A stretch of DNA of 64,000 bases, from positions 1,504,001-1,568,000 of the forward strand of contig CBDFGR010000003.1 in the NCBI GenBank assembly GCA_965247115.1, given 5' to 3'. Under the pieces are notes generated by a model, which saw only the letters and a list, made by a program, of their open reading frames with translations, was not told the origin of the DNA and ran no database searches. Each line of letters starts with the position of its first letter. The stretch's first letter is position 1. Shown here piece by piece: positions 8,700-18,335 of the stretch. Source of the stretch: Myxococcota bacterium (GTDB lineage: Bacteria > Myxococcota_A > UBA9160 > SZUA-336). Both the position numbers and the translations under genes were made by a program.

Positions 8700-10130
8700 C
8701 TAGCACCAGCGCACGCGCACGCGGTAACGGATCTTCTCCTCGCCGCGCTTCGGAACGTCGACGTCGAACTTGAACGTGTGCGCGTCCTGCTTTTGCGCCG
8801 GATGGCTCGACGATACGATATCCCAGTCGCCCCCAACGGGCTCGAAGACCTCCACGCGCACGTCCTCGTCCTTGCGGTTGCGCAGCTCGATCTCCCAGGT
8901 GCTCTCCGACACGCAGCGGCCGAGCGCCTTGAAGTCCATCTGTCGGCGGTCCCCGACCACGTCGAAGGCCTCTCCCATCTTGATGCGGAGCTTCTCGTCG
9001 CGCGGCGTGTGGTCGATCCGGTCCTCGCCAATGAATTGCTGCGATCCCTCGGAGTCGGCCTTGTACACGCGCACGATGCCCTTGGGAAGCGGCATGCCCA
9101 GGCTGTTCTCCTCGCTGTTCTGAAAGTCGAGGTAAACGCCGACCTTCTGGTTGGAGATCACCTGTCCATATGAGCCGCGGTAATACTGGGCCGCGCCGTA
9201 GAAGATCAGTCGCTTCTCGACGCCGATGCCCGAGGCGGAGAGCAGCGTGACCTGCTTCTGCTCGTTGTTCAGGATCGTCGTGGGTCTGTCCAGCGTATAC
9301 AGGTGGTACTCGAAGAAGCTCTCCTCCGAGAATCCCGGGCTCGCCTCCGCCGCCATCGCCATGGTCTGACGGCGTCTGAGCTCGAGCTCCGCCCTTACTC
9401 TCTGCACGTCGCCGGCCACCAGCTTGAGCCGCGTGTCTGCGTAGCCGACGCCGCTCTGGTTGGTGAGCGTGACCCAGCCGGTGAGATCTCCGTTTGCATC
9501 GTTCTCGTCGATCACGAACACGTAGTCGGCCTTCCAGTTCAGCTGCTGGGCCAGGTACGAGACCTCGAGGTTGTGGTGCGGTCGGCCGCTGTCCAGAAGC
9601 CAGCTCAGCGTTGGCCTGGCGATCAGGTTCTCCGGGATCTCCGGAAACGAGATGCGGCCGGGGAAGTTGAACGTGATCTCGTCACCGATCTTGAGGATCG
9701 TGCCGCCGTTCGTTCCCAGCACCTCGGCTTCGTACTCCTCGTCGCGCCCCGTCACCTCGTTCCAGCGGTACACCTTGACCTGCCGCCCCACGTACTTCTC
9801 GAGCAGCTTCTGCGGGCTCAAGAGGTCGTACTGGTAGTTCTGCTCGAGCACGTTCAACCCGTCTCCGTCGAGCGAGCGGATGTAGACGGTCTCCGGCTGG
9901 ATCGTCGCGGCGACGTCGCCGAAGTCGAGCCGGACCTCCCCGCGCCCCAGCTCCAGGTTGCGGCGCTCGCGCACCAGTCCGAAGCCCTGGTTATAGATGG
10001 TGATGCTGAGCGCCTCGCGCTGCTCCGCGTTCGAGTGGAGCCGATTCTGCGCGGCCGCCGGGAAGCTCTGCACGAGAAGCAGCAGACACAAGGGCAGGTA
10101 GCTGCCGGTTAGCCGGAGTGCGCGTTGCAT
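8700..10130 (-). CDS. DUF4139 domain secreted protein
   Basis: Signal peptide, then SITIYNQGFGLVRE, EQNYQYDLL, SYL..LNWKADY, LVAGDV and FEYHLY. Start re-called at ATG 10130 after AAGGAG. Confidence 0.8.
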   Translation of the reverse strand: MQRALRLTGSYLPLCLLLLVQSFPAAAQNRLHSNAEQREALSITIYNQGFGLVRERRNLELGRGEVRLDFGDVAATIQPETVYIRSLDGDGLNVLEQNYQYDLLSPQKLLEKYVGRQVKVYRWNEVTGRDEEYEAEVLGTNGGTILKIGDEITFNFPGRISFPEIPENLIARPTLSWLLDSGRPHHNLEVSYLAQQLNWKADYVFVIDENDANGDLTGWVTLTNQSGVGYADTRLKLVAGDVQRVRAELELRRRQTMAMAAEASPGFSEESFFEYHLYTLDRPTTILNNEQKQVTLLSASGIGVEKRLIFYGAAQYYRGSYGQVISNQKVGVYLDFQNSEENSLGMPLPKGIVRVYKADSEGSQQFIGEDRIDHTPRDEKLRIKMGEAFDVVGDRRQMDFKALGRCVSESTWEIELRNRKDEDVRVEVFEPVGGDWDIVSSSHPAQKQDAHTFKFDVDVPKRGEEKIRYRVRVRWC

Positions 10131-10228
10131 TCGTGTCTCCTTCGGGGTGCTCTCGTGGGATAGGTCGCCACAGCCGCACAAATCGGATCGCGGGCATCCG
10201 CGCGTAGTGGATCCCCCGAGTGTGTCCG

Positions 10229-11113
10229 TCAGAGCAGCAGGGCGCCCTCGCGGATGAGCACGGCACGACCGCCGACCCGGATCTGCCAGCCATCTGGCGC
10301 TCGGTCGACGCGGACGGCAACGCGCCCGGGGCGTCCCACCTCATCTCCTTGCTCCGCGGTGTAGCGAAGTGGGGTCTGGGCCTGGCCGGTCTCCGCCAGG
10401 AAGGCGCCCACGCAGCCGTTGCCGCTGCCGCAGACTGGATCCTCCGGGATTCCCGAGCCGGGGGCAAAGCTACGCACGCGCACCTCGCAGTCCTGCGCCT
10501 GGGCCTCACGGCAGAAGACGGTCGCGGCCGTACCCGTGTGGGCCTCCAGCTCTGCGAGCGCCTGCATGTCGGGGTCGAGGCTGCGCACCCGCTCGAGGTC
10601 GCGCAGGGCGGCGACGTGCCAGGCGACGCCCACGGACACCGTGAGTGGTGGCGCGACGATGTCGGCGGGATCGATGCGGAGGGCAGCAGCGAGCTCGCCC
10701 GCCGACGGACCGGGCTTGAACTGGGGTGTGGGCTGCGTCATGAGGTAATTGCGACGCGAGTCCTCGCAGCTCACCTCGATGGGTTGCACGCCAGCCAGCG
10801 TCTGCTGGCGCAGGGTGAAGCCCCCTCCGTCGCGCTTGAGCGCGCCCGTTTTGAGCAGTGCGTGCGCCGTGCCGATGGTCGGATGACCCGCGAAAGGGAG
10901 CTCAGCTCTGGGAGTGAAGATGCGCACGCGATAGTCGGCTGCGGGAGCGCTGGCGGGGAGCACGAAGGTCGTCTCCGACAGGTTTGTTTCCTTTGCGATG
11001 CTCTGCATCTGGCGATCCGAGAGACCCGTGGCGTCGGGTATCACGGCGAGTGGGTTGCCTTCGAGTGGGGTCTCGGTGAAGACGTCGACCTGAACGATTG
11101 GGATTCGTGTCAT
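10229..11113 (-). CDS. PhzF family isomerase/epimerase
   Basis: QVDVFT..PLEGNPLAV, ETNLSETTF, RIFTPRAELPFAGHPTIG and EDPVCGSGNG motifs. ATG overlaps the pdxT stop (ATGA). Confidence 0.88.
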   Translation of the reverse strand: MTRIPIVQVDVFTETPLEGNPLAVIPDATGLSDRQMQSIAKETNLSETTFVLPASAPAADYRVRIFTPRAELPFAGHPTIGTAHALLKTGALKRDGGGFTLRQQTLAGVQPIEVSCEDSRRNYLMTQPTPQFKPGPSAGELAAALRIDPADIVAPPLTVSVGVAWHVAALRDLERVRSLDPDMQALAELEAHTGTAATVFCREAQAQDCEVRVRSFAPGSGIPEDPVCGSGNGCVGAFLAETGQAQTPLRYTAEQGDEVGRPGRVAVRVDRAPDGWQIRVGGRAVLIREGALLL

Positions 11114-11697
11114 GCGGCGAGCTCCAGAGTAGTGAGTCGCAGGAAATAGCGATGCACTCGGGTGTCGCGCGTCAGCTCCGGGTGAAACGTACACGCCATG
11201 TGTGGTCCCTGGCGAACCCAGACCGGTGCCCCTCGCGTCTTGCCGAGAACACGGGACGCCCCCGGGTCCACGATCGCGGGAGCTCGAATGAACACGCCGC
11301 GGACTGGCCCCCCGGATAGCTCCGGTGCTGCGACGTCGTCTACGAAGCTCTCGGTCTGCCGGCCGTACGCGTTTCGCTCCACGGCGATGTCGAGCAGCGC
11401 GAGGCCGGGTGCGGCGGGATTCCGGACCTCCCGAGCCATCAGGATTGCTCCCGCGCAGGTGCCAAGCACAGGAGTCCCACGCGCGGCGAGCTCCACGATC
11501 GGGACGCAGAGGTCGCGTTCGTGGAGCTCTCGCTGCATGGTTGTGCTCTCGCCTCCCGGCAGGATCAGCCCGCTCAGGTCCTCGAGATCCCCCTTCCCGC
11601 GGACCAGGTGGGCGGTCCGACCGAGCCCCGCCAGGATCGCGGCATGGGCCGCGAAGTCTCCCTGGAGGGCGAGAATGCCGATCGCGTCCCCGCTCAC
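11110..11697 (-). CDS. pdxT: Pyridoxal 5'-phosphate synthase glutaminase subunit
   Basis: [34 protein letters not shown] and FHPEL (Cys-His-Glu triad). Confidence 0.95.
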   Translation of the reverse strand: MSGDAIGILALQGDFAAHAAILAGLGRTAHLVRGKGDLEDLSGLILPGGESTTMQRELHERDLCVPIVELAARGTPVLGTCAGAILMAREVRNPAAPGLALLDIAVERNAYGRQTESFVDDVAAPELSGGPVRGVFIRAPAIVDPGASRVLGKTRGAPVWVRQGPHMACTFHPELTRDTRVHRYFLRLTTLELAA

Positions 11698-12578
11698 GCG
11701 CCGCGCCGCTGGAGCTGCTCTCCGACGGGGATGGCCGCGACGGCGATGCCCTCCATGGCAGCGCCGAGCGGCTCCGCCGCCTCGACGAGCTGCTTTGCGT
11801 CGTCGTAGTGCGTGACCGCGCGCACAATCGCACGCGCGCGCAGCTCGGGATCGCTCGACTTAAAGATCCCGGAGCCGACGAACACCGACTCCGCGCCGAG
11901 CTGCATACACAGAGCGGCGTCGGCGGGGGTGGCGATCCCGCCGGCAGCGAAGTTGGGAACGGGCAGGTGTCCGGTGGCTGCCACAGTTCGCACGAGCTCG
12001 AGCGGTGCTCCGAGCTCCCTGGCTGCGGCGCCCAGCTCGCTGGCTGGGAGGCCCGAGAGTCTGCGCAGCTCGCTCGCGATGGCGCGCAGGTGGCGGACCG
12101 CCTCCACTACATCGCCCGTGCCTGCTTCCCCTTTGGTCCGGATCAGCGCGGCCCCCTCCGCGATGCGGCGCAGCGCCTCGCCCAGGTCGCGGCAGCCGCA
12201 GACGAAGGGCACCCGGAAGGGTCTCTTGTCGATGAAGTGCTCGCCGTCCGCTGGGGTCAGCACCTCGCTCTCGTCGATGAAGTCCACACCGAGCTCCTCC
12301 AGCATCTGCGCCTCGACGAAGTGGCCAATCCGCACCTTCGCCATCACCGGGATGGAGACGGCGCTCATCACCTCGCGGATCTTCGAAACCGCCGCCATAC
12401 GCGCCACGCCGCCATCGCGCCGAATGTCCGAGGGCACGCGCTCGAGGGCCATCACGGCGCAGGCTCCGGCCTGCTCGGCGATCTTTGCCTGGTCTGCGCT
12501 CGTCACATCCACGATGACCCCGCCCTTCAGCATCTCCGCGAGCCCTACCTGGACCTGGCGCAAGCTGGAGTCAGTCAT
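11694..12578 (-). CDS. pdxS: Pyridoxal 5'-phosphate synthase lyase subunit
   Basis: [47 protein letters not shown] and [13 protein letters not shown] motifs. Confidence 0.97.
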   Translation of the reverse strand: MTDSSLRQVQVGLAEMLKGGVIVDVTSADQAKIAEQAGACAVMALERVPSDIRRDGGVARMAAVSKIREVMSAVSIPVMAKVRIGHFVEAQMLEELGVDFIDESEVLTPADGEHFIDKRPFRVPFVCGCRDLGEALRRIAEGAALIRTKGEAGTGDVVEAVRHLRAIASELRRLSGLPASELGAAARELGAPLELVRTVAATGHLPVPNFAAGGIATPADAALCMQLGAESVFVGSGIFKSSDPELRARAIVRAVTHYDDAKQLVEAAEPLGAAMEGIAVAAIPVGEQLQRRGA

Positions 12579-12670
12579 GATTCTCTTCCCTTTCTGAATT
12601 GTATTTGTATTGGTTCAATATATGATTGATCAGGTATGTCCCGAGCTTATCAAGGGAGATCGAAGCCTAC

Positions 12671-12715
12671 TTGACAAATCTCTCCAGTCAATTGTTATAT
12701 TGTCACCATGACAAT
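12671..12715 (+). promoter_or_regulatory. Sigma70-type promoter (TTGACA; TGn-TATATT) with palindromic operator ATTGTCA-CCA-TGACAAT over the regulator start codon
   Basis: AT-rich divergent intergenic region. Perfect 7-bp inverted repeat at 12699-12715; -10 box lies 6 nt before ATG 12708. Confidence 0.65.
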
Positions 12716-14102
12716 AGCTTGGATTCCGACGGCTCACTCCGAGAGCTCGGCTCCCCGGTATCGTGCGATCGCCGCTGCTCTCGCGGCGGACATCGCTTCC
12801 GGGGAGCTCCCGGCGGGGGCGCAGCTGCCGACGCAGCGAGCGTTGGCGGACCGGCTCGGTGTGACCGTGGGGACCGTCAGCCGCGCGTACCAGGAGGTGG
12901 CCCGTCTCGGCTTGATCAGGGGAGAGGTTGGCCGCGGCAGCTTCGTCCAGAGCGAGCCGGCGCCGCCAGCCTCCTTCGCGATCTCCGACGAGGAGCGGCC
13001 GGGCCTGATCGATCTCAGCGCGAACTTTCCTCGCTCCGAGCTCGCCAGTGAGCCGCTGCGCCGCATGCTCGAGCAGCTCGCGCAGCGCGAGCAGCTGGCC
13101 GACCTGCTCGAGTACCAGCCTGCAGCTGGCTCGGCGCGGCATCGGACTGCGGGGGCCCGCTGGGTGGAGCGTGCTGGACTCGCGTCCACACCGGACCAGA
13201 TCGTGGTCACGAGCGGAGCCCAGCACGGACTCATGCTCGCGTTCTCCGTGCTGACCAAGCCCGGCGACCTGGTGCTGAGCGCGGCGGTGACCTATCCGGG
13301 CATGACGTCCATCGCGCGGATGCTGCGGCTGCGGCTGGAGGGCCTGCCCATCGATCGCGACGGGATTCGCGCAGAGTCGTTCGAGCGTGCCTGCGAGCAG
13401 GAGCTGCCGAAGGCACTCTTCTGCATGCCCACGCTCCAGAATCCCACCGCGGTCGTGATGCCCGAGCGACGCCGCAGGGAGATCGCGCGCGTGGCAGAGC
13501 GCTTCGGCGTGACGCTCGTGGAGGACGACACGTACGGCTTCCTGCCCTCCACCCGTCCCGCTCCGCTCAGCTCTCTGCGCCCCGAAGACAGCTACTACAT
13601 CTCCGGGCTCTCGAAGTGCGTCGCACCCGGACTTCGGGTCGGCTACCTGCGTGCGCCGGCCGCGAACGCCACGAGCGTCGGCACGAGCCTGCGCACCATG
13701 ATGTACATGGCGCCGCCTCTCACGCTCGAGATCGCAACGCGCTGGATCGAGGACGGCACCGTCGATCGGCTGATCGAGACGCGGCGCCGGGAGGCCCGCG
13801 AGGCCCAGGAGCTCGCAGCCCGCCTGCTCGGGGGTCTGTCGTTTCTCAGCCACCCGGAGTCCTATCACTTGTGGCTGCAGCTGCCGTCGCCGTGGCGGGC
13901 AGAGGAGTTCTGCACGCAGGCCCGTACCAGGGGCGTGGGAGTCCTTCCGGCCGAGAGCTTTGCGGTCGGACGTGGCGCGGCGCCGCACGCCGTTCGCATC
14001 TCGATCTCTGCCGCCCGTTCACGGCAGGAGCTGGAGCGGGGCCTCCGCATCCTGGCGGAGCTCGCGAGCGCGCCCCCTGACGCCGGCGCGACCTTCGCCT
14101 GA
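12708..14102 (+). CDS. pdxR: MocR/GabR (GntR HTH + PLP aminotransferase-like) regulator, probable PdxR
   Basis: N-terminal LPTQRALADRLGVTVGTVSRAY HTH, then TSGAQHG, PTLQNPT, VEDDTY and SKCVAPGLRVGY. Divergent from pdxS; the symbol is inferred from context. Confidence 0.8.
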   Translation: MTIAWIPTAHSESSAPRYRAIAAALAADIASGELPAGAQLPTQRALADRLGVTVGTVSRAYQEVARLGLIRGEVGRGSFVQSEPAPPASFAISDEERPGLIDLSANFPRSELASEPLRRMLEQLAQREQLADLLEYQPAAGSARHRTAGARWVERAGLASTPDQIVVTSGAQHGLMLAFSVLTKPGDLVLSAAVTYPGMTSIARMLRLRLEGLPIDRDGIRAESFERACEQELPKALFCMPTLQNPTAVVMPERRRREIARVAERFGVTLVEDDTYGFLPSTRPAPLSSLRPEDSYYISGLSKCVAPGLRVGYLRAPAANATSVGTSLRTMMYMAPPLTLEIATRWIEDGTVDRLIETRRREAREAQELAARLLGGLSFLSHPESYHLWLQLPSPWRAEEFCTQARTRGVGVLPAESFAVGRGAAPHAVRISISAARSRQELERGLRILAELASAPPDAGATFA

Positions 14103-14138
14103 CAGAAGCCGGCTTGCGCGCCGGGGTAGACTGGGTGC

Positions 14139-14732
14139 GTGAAGCTCGGACTCCTTGCGTCTCACCGCGGCACAAACTTGCAGGCCATCATCGACGCGTG
14201 TCGCTCGGAGCGTCTGGCCGCGGAGCCCGCAGTGGTGATCAGCAACAACAGCGGCTCGGGCGCAGCGGAGCGTGCGAAGCGCGAGGGGATCCCGTTTTGC
14301 CATTTGAGCGGCCAGACCCATCCCTCGGCTGAGGCCCTGGATGCGGCTGTCCGCGAGGCGCTCGAGAAACACGGTGTCGAGCTGGTGGTGCTGGTCGGGT
14401 ACATGAAGCGGATTGGCCCGTGTACGCTCGCGCGCTTCGCCGGACGCATCATCAACACCCATCCAGCGCTCCTGCCAAAGTTCGGGGGCACTGGAATGTA
14501 CGGACAGCGCGTGCACGAGGCCGTGCTCGCCGCCGGGGAGACCGAGACCGGAGTCTCGATTCATCTCGTGGACCCGGAGTACGATACGGGACCCGTCATT
14601 GCTCAGTGTAGGGTGCCGGTCGAGCCTGGAGACACCGCCGACTCCCTGGCAGCACGCGTCGTGGAGAGTGAGCACGAGTTCCTGGTCGACACCATCGCCG
14701 CGATCGCGGAGGGGCGAATCCAGCTGCCGTGA
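14139..14732 (+). CDS. purN: Phosphoribosylglycinamide formyltransferase
   Basis: ASHRGTNLQAII, INTHPALLPKFGG and GVSIHLVDPEYDTGPVI motifs. Confidence 0.93.
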   Translation: MKLGLLASHRGTNLQAIIDACRSERLAAEPAVVISNNSGSGAAERAKREGIPFCHLSGQTHPSAEALDAAVREALEKHGVELVVLVGYMKRIGPCTLARFAGRIINTHPALLPKFGGTGMYGQRVHEAVLAAGETETGVSIHLVDPEYDTGPVIAQCRVPVEPGDTADSLAARVVESEHEFLVDTIAAIAEGRIQLP

Positions 14733-15460
14733 CGACGATCGTCGGAGTCGACTGCGCGACGGACCCTCGCAAGGTCGGCCTCGCGCTGGCTCGGGTCCAT
14801 GGCGCGAAGGCACGTCTGCTCGCCGCGGAGTGCGGCTCCGACAGCCCGTCCATGGCGGGACGCATTGCCGAGTGGATGAGCGGGGAGCAGGCAGTGCTGC
14901 TGGCTCTGGACGCTCCGCTGGGCTGGCCCCTCGAGCTCGGCTCCACGCTGGCCGGGCACAGTGCGGGCGAGGTCATTGCTAGCGATCCAAACCGCCTGTT
15001 CCGACGCCAGACCGACCGCACGGTGCACGCCGCGCTCGGCAAGCTGCCCCTCGACGTGGGCGCAGATCGGATAGCGCGAACTGCGGTGGCTGCTCTCCGT
15101 CTGCTCGACGAGCTCCGCTCGCGGACAGGCCACGAGATCCCCCTCGCCTGGAAGTCCGAGCTCGTCGAGCCCACAGCCATCGAGGTCTATCCAGCCGGGA
15201 CGCTCGTTGCGCTGGGTCTGCGCTCCACGGGCTACAAGGAGCCGGGGCAGACGGAGCGTCGTCGCGAGATCCTCGAGATCCTCTCGAAACGCATCGAGGG
15301 TCCCCTGGAGCGCGGCCTGCTGCTGCAGAACGCCGACGTGCTCGACGCCACGCTGTGCGTGGTAGCCGCCCTCGACTTCCTCTCCGGCGCGGTGATTCCT
15401 CCCGAGGAGCCGGAAGTGGCGCGCCGCGAGGGCTGGATCTGGGTTCGCCGGCCCGACTGA
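14729..15460 (+). CDS. DUF429 family protein (predicted RNase H-like nuclease fold)
   Basis: IVGVD, ALDAPLGWP, RQTD, IEVYPA, DVLDATLC and EGWIW motifs. Start overlaps the purN stop (GTGA). Confidence 0.75.
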   Translation: MTTIVGVDCATDPRKVGLALARVHGAKARLLAAECGSDSPSMAGRIAEWMSGEQAVLLALDAPLGWPLELGSTLAGHSAGEVIASDPNRLFRRQTDRTVHAALGKLPLDVGADRIARTAVAALRLLDELRSRTGHEIPLAWKSELVEPTAIEVYPAGTLVALGLRSTGYKEPGQTERRREILEILSKRIEGPLERGLLLQNADVLDATLCVVAALDFLSGAVIPPEEPEVARREGWIWVRRPD

Positions 15461-15488
15461 GCCTCCCGCGCTCGTCTAAGATGGGCGC

Positions 15489-17675
15489 ATGATTGCAAAG
15501 ACCCTCGTGGGCTACGCAGACAGGCTCAGCGTCGCGCCCGGTGAGACGCTGCGCTTCATGGTGAGCTGCTACGTCCCGGGTAGTTACCGGGCGGACATCG
15601 TGCGCCTGATCTGTGGAGACGAATCGGAGCGCGGTGCGGGCTTCAAGGAGGAAGAGTTCGAGACCGCGGTGAGCGGCGAGTATCCCGGGCGCGAGCAGCC
15701 GGTGCATCCGGGCTCCTACGCGATCGTGCCCGAAGTTCCGGCGCTCGAGAGCTTCAGCGCCCAGGTGCTGATCTGGCCGACGCTGCCGCAGCTCGGACGC
15801 CAGGCGATCATGGGAACCTGGAACGAGGCCCAGGCCAGCGGCTTCGCGCTCGGCGTCGACGAGCACGGCGAGGTCGAGCTGGTGCTTGGCTCGGCGGACG
15901 GGAGCGTCTCCCGTCTGGGCTCCGGTCTCACGCTCCAGGCGCGCCGCTGGGTCCGGGTGTCGGCCAGCTATGATGCCTCGACGGGTAGCGCGAGCCTGAC
16001 GCAGAGCCCACTGGGCCTCTCGGTTGCAGAGGAAGCACTGTCCCGGAGTGCGGAGGTGAGCGCGCACTTCCCGCCGGGGATCCGGTCGCCCGCGGCGCCC
16101 CTGCTCTTTGCTGCCCGGGCGGGGGCACCGGTCGGCGGGCACTTCAACGGGAAGATCGAGGCGCCCCGGCTTGCAAAGCGAGCGTTGCCGGCGAGCGAGC
16201 TGCATGCACTGCTCGATCAGCCGGATGCGGTGGTCGCTTGCTGGGATTTCTCGGTCGGGATCCCCACGGAGTCCATCAGCGATCTCTCTCCGAACGCGCT
16301 GCACGGCCAGACCGTGAACCTCCCGACGCGTGCGGTGACCGGCTCCGGCTGGACGGGAAGCGAGCAGAGCTGGCGACACGCCCCGAGCGAGTATGCCGCT
16401 ATCCACTTTCACGACGATGACCTCTGCGACGCCGGCTGGGAGGCGGACTTCGAGCTGCGGGTTCCGCGGAGCTTCCGCAGCGGGGTCTACGCCGCGCGGC
16501 TGCGGCTGGGGGAGGGCGACGACTACGTCACGTTCTTTGTGCGCCCCGCGCGCGGAAGCGCGACCGCGAAGGTCGCGTACCTGGCACCGACCGCGAGCTA
16601 TCTCGCGTACGCGAACAATCGCCTGTCGGTGGCGATGCTCGGCGGGGCGACCGTGCGCAACCCGAACGAGGCGATGCTCCTGGCGCACCCGGAATTCGGG
16701 CCCTCGCTATACGAGCGCCACTCCGACGGCAGCGGCGTGCACTACTCGTCGCACCTGCGTCCGATCGTGAACATGAAGGCGAAGGCCCTGCTGTGGGGCT
16801 TCAACGCGGACAGCAACATCACCGACTGGCTGGAGCACACAGGCCACGCCTACGACGTGATCACGGATGAGGATCTCCACAACGAGGGCCGCGATCTGCT
16901 CGCGTCCTACCGCGTGGTGATCACGGGCAGCCATCCCGAATACTACTCCACGGTCATGCTCGACGAGCTGTCTGCCTACCTGGGTGACGGCGGCCGCCTG
17001 ATGTACATGGGAGGGAATGGCTTCTACTGGCGCATCGCCTTCCACCCGACCAGACCGGGAGTGATCGAGGTGCGGCGCGCGGAGGACGGCACGCGCACGT
17101 GGATCGCCGAGCCAGGCGAGTACTATCACTCCTTCAATGGAGAGTACGGGGGTCTGTGGCGACGCCTGAAACGTCCTCCGAATCGACTCGTGGGGATCGG
17201 CTTTGCGGCTCAAGGCTTCGACAGGAGCTCGCACTACCGCCGTCTGCCGGGGAGCCACGACCCGCGCGCGGCGTTTGCCTTCGAAGGGATCTCGGAGAAG
17301 GAGATCATCGGTGACTACGGCCGCATCGGAGACGGAGCGGCGGGTCAGGAGATCGACCGCTGTGATTTCGCACTGGACTCGCCACGCCACACGCTCGTCC
17401 TGGCCACGTCGGAGGGCCACACCCCGGCCATGCTCCGAACAAAAGAGGAGTTCTTCGCGACCACGACCTGGTTCGAAGACAAGAAAGTGAGGGCGGACAT
17501 GGTGTTCTTCGAGTGTCCTCTCGGAGGGGCGGTGTTCTCGACCGGGTCGATCGCGTACGCCGGGGCGCTGGCACACAACGGCTACGACAACGACATCTAC
17601 CGCATCACGACCAATGTCCTGTCGCGGTTCGTAGATCCCGAGCCCTTCTTGGTACCGCGGGAGTACGTAGGGTAG
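15489..17675 (+). CDS. N,N-dimethylformamidase large (beta) subunit family protein with LamG-like insert
   Basis: GYADRLSVAPGETLRFMVS, AIHFHDDDL, RSGVYA, PTASYLAYAN, GPSLYERH, GSHPEYYS, LMYMGGNGFYW and GAVFSTGSI motifs. Confidence 0.85.
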   Translation: MIAKTLVGYADRLSVAPGETLRFMVSCYVPGSYRADIVRLICGDESERGAGFKEEEFETAVSGEYPGREQPVHPGSYAIVPEVPALESFSAQVLIWPTLPQLGRQAIMGTWNEAQASGFALGVDEHGEVELVLGSADGSVSRLGSGLTLQARRWVRVSASYDASTGSASLTQSPLGLSVAEEALSRSAEVSAHFPPGIRSPAAPLLFAARAGAPVGGHFNGKIEAPRLAKRALPASELHALLDQPDAVVACWDFSVGIPTESISDLSPNALHGQTVNLPTRAVTGSGWTGSEQSWRHAPSEYAAIHFHDDDLCDAGWEADFELRVPRSFRSGVYAARLRLGEGDDYVTFFVRPARGSATAKVAYLAPTASYLAYANNRLSVAMLGGATVRNPNEAMLLAHPEFGPSLYERHSDGSGVHYSSHLRPIVNMKAKALLWGFNADSNITDWLEHTGHAYDVITDEDLHNEGRDLLASYRVVITGSHPEYYSTVMLDELSAYLGDGGRLMYMGGNGFYWRIAFHPTRPGVIEVRRAEDGTRTWIAEPGEYYHSFNGEYGGLWRRLKRPPNRLVGIGFAAQGFDRSSHYRRLPGSHDPRAAFAFEGISEKEIIGDYGRIGDGAAGQEIDRCDFALDSPRHTLVLATSEGHTPAMLRTKEEFFATTTWFEDKKVRADMVFFECPLGGAVFSTGSIAYAGALAHNGYDNDIYRITTNVLSRFVDPEPFLVPREYVG

Positions 17676-17722
17676 CCCCCCGGAGGCCGGGATCTTGACT
17701 TGGGGCGGTCCTTGATCTTGAC

Positions 17723-18193
17723 TTACTGTTTGAGCCCGGTCGGGCGAAAGCCAAGCGCCCGCGCAACCACGCGTCCCATCCACGACGCTGCCCAGTCCGT
17801 CACGCGCTGCAGTGCGATCAGGAGGTCTTCCTGCCCGGACCAGTGCGAGCGCACGAGGTCGGGATGCACCTGGTTGAGGATGCGCGAGAGTGCGGCGACG
17901 ACCACGAGCAGATCGTCGATCATGCCGAGTGGCCCCAGTAGCAGATCCGGCAACAGATCGAGCGGGGAGAGCGCGTAGGAGATCCCGATCAGCGCGATCA
18001 CCTTGGCGGAAGTGGGAACGCGACGATCTCTGGCCAGGCGGCCGAGCAGCACGACGAGATCCGGCAGCATGAGAAGCAGATCGCGGAGCCCGGAGCGCGT
18101 ACCGGGTACGCCCGAAACGACGCGTGCGCGCAGCCGATCGTAGAGTCGGGTCTCCCTGGCGCGGATGTCGAGCTCGAGCGGCGGCTGTGCCAT
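17723..18193 (-). CDS. YkvA / DUF1232 family membrane protein
   Basis: LARDRRVP..AK, YALSPLDLLPD and GMIDD motifs. Start re-called at ATG 18193. Confidence 0.8.
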   Translation of the reverse strand: MAQPPLELDIRARETRLYDRLRARVVSGVPGTRSGLRDLLLMLPDLVVLLGRLARDRRVPTSAKVIALIGISYALSPLDLLPDLLLGPLGMIDDLLVVVAALSRILNQVHPDLVRSHWSGQEDLLIALQRVTDWAASWMGRVVARALGFRPTGLKQ

Positions 18194-18335
18194 CTGGACA
18201 AGGGTAGCGTCAGAATCGCGCGCTCTCTTGAAGCTGGCGGGAAACGAATCCCCACAACGGAGAATCCAAGACCCCGACCGCGTTCGGATCAGATCGGCGA
18301 GCTGCTGCTGGCGGCCCATTGTGGAGGCAGAACGG

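Noticed and set aside
7038..9173. Long antisense/alternate-frame ORFs (e.g. 7038-9173 +, 14979-16688 -, 48280-50400 -, 30962-32461 +)
   Set aside because: Shadow ORFs of well-supported genes in high-GC DNA, with no motifs of their own.
10229..11113. Phenazine biosynthesis cluster
   Set aside because: Only a PhzF-family gene is present; there is no phzA/B/D/E/G.
14729..15460. Anti-phage defence nuclease
   Set aside because: The DUF429-like gene is coupled to purN in a housekeeping context, with no defence or mobile genes around it.
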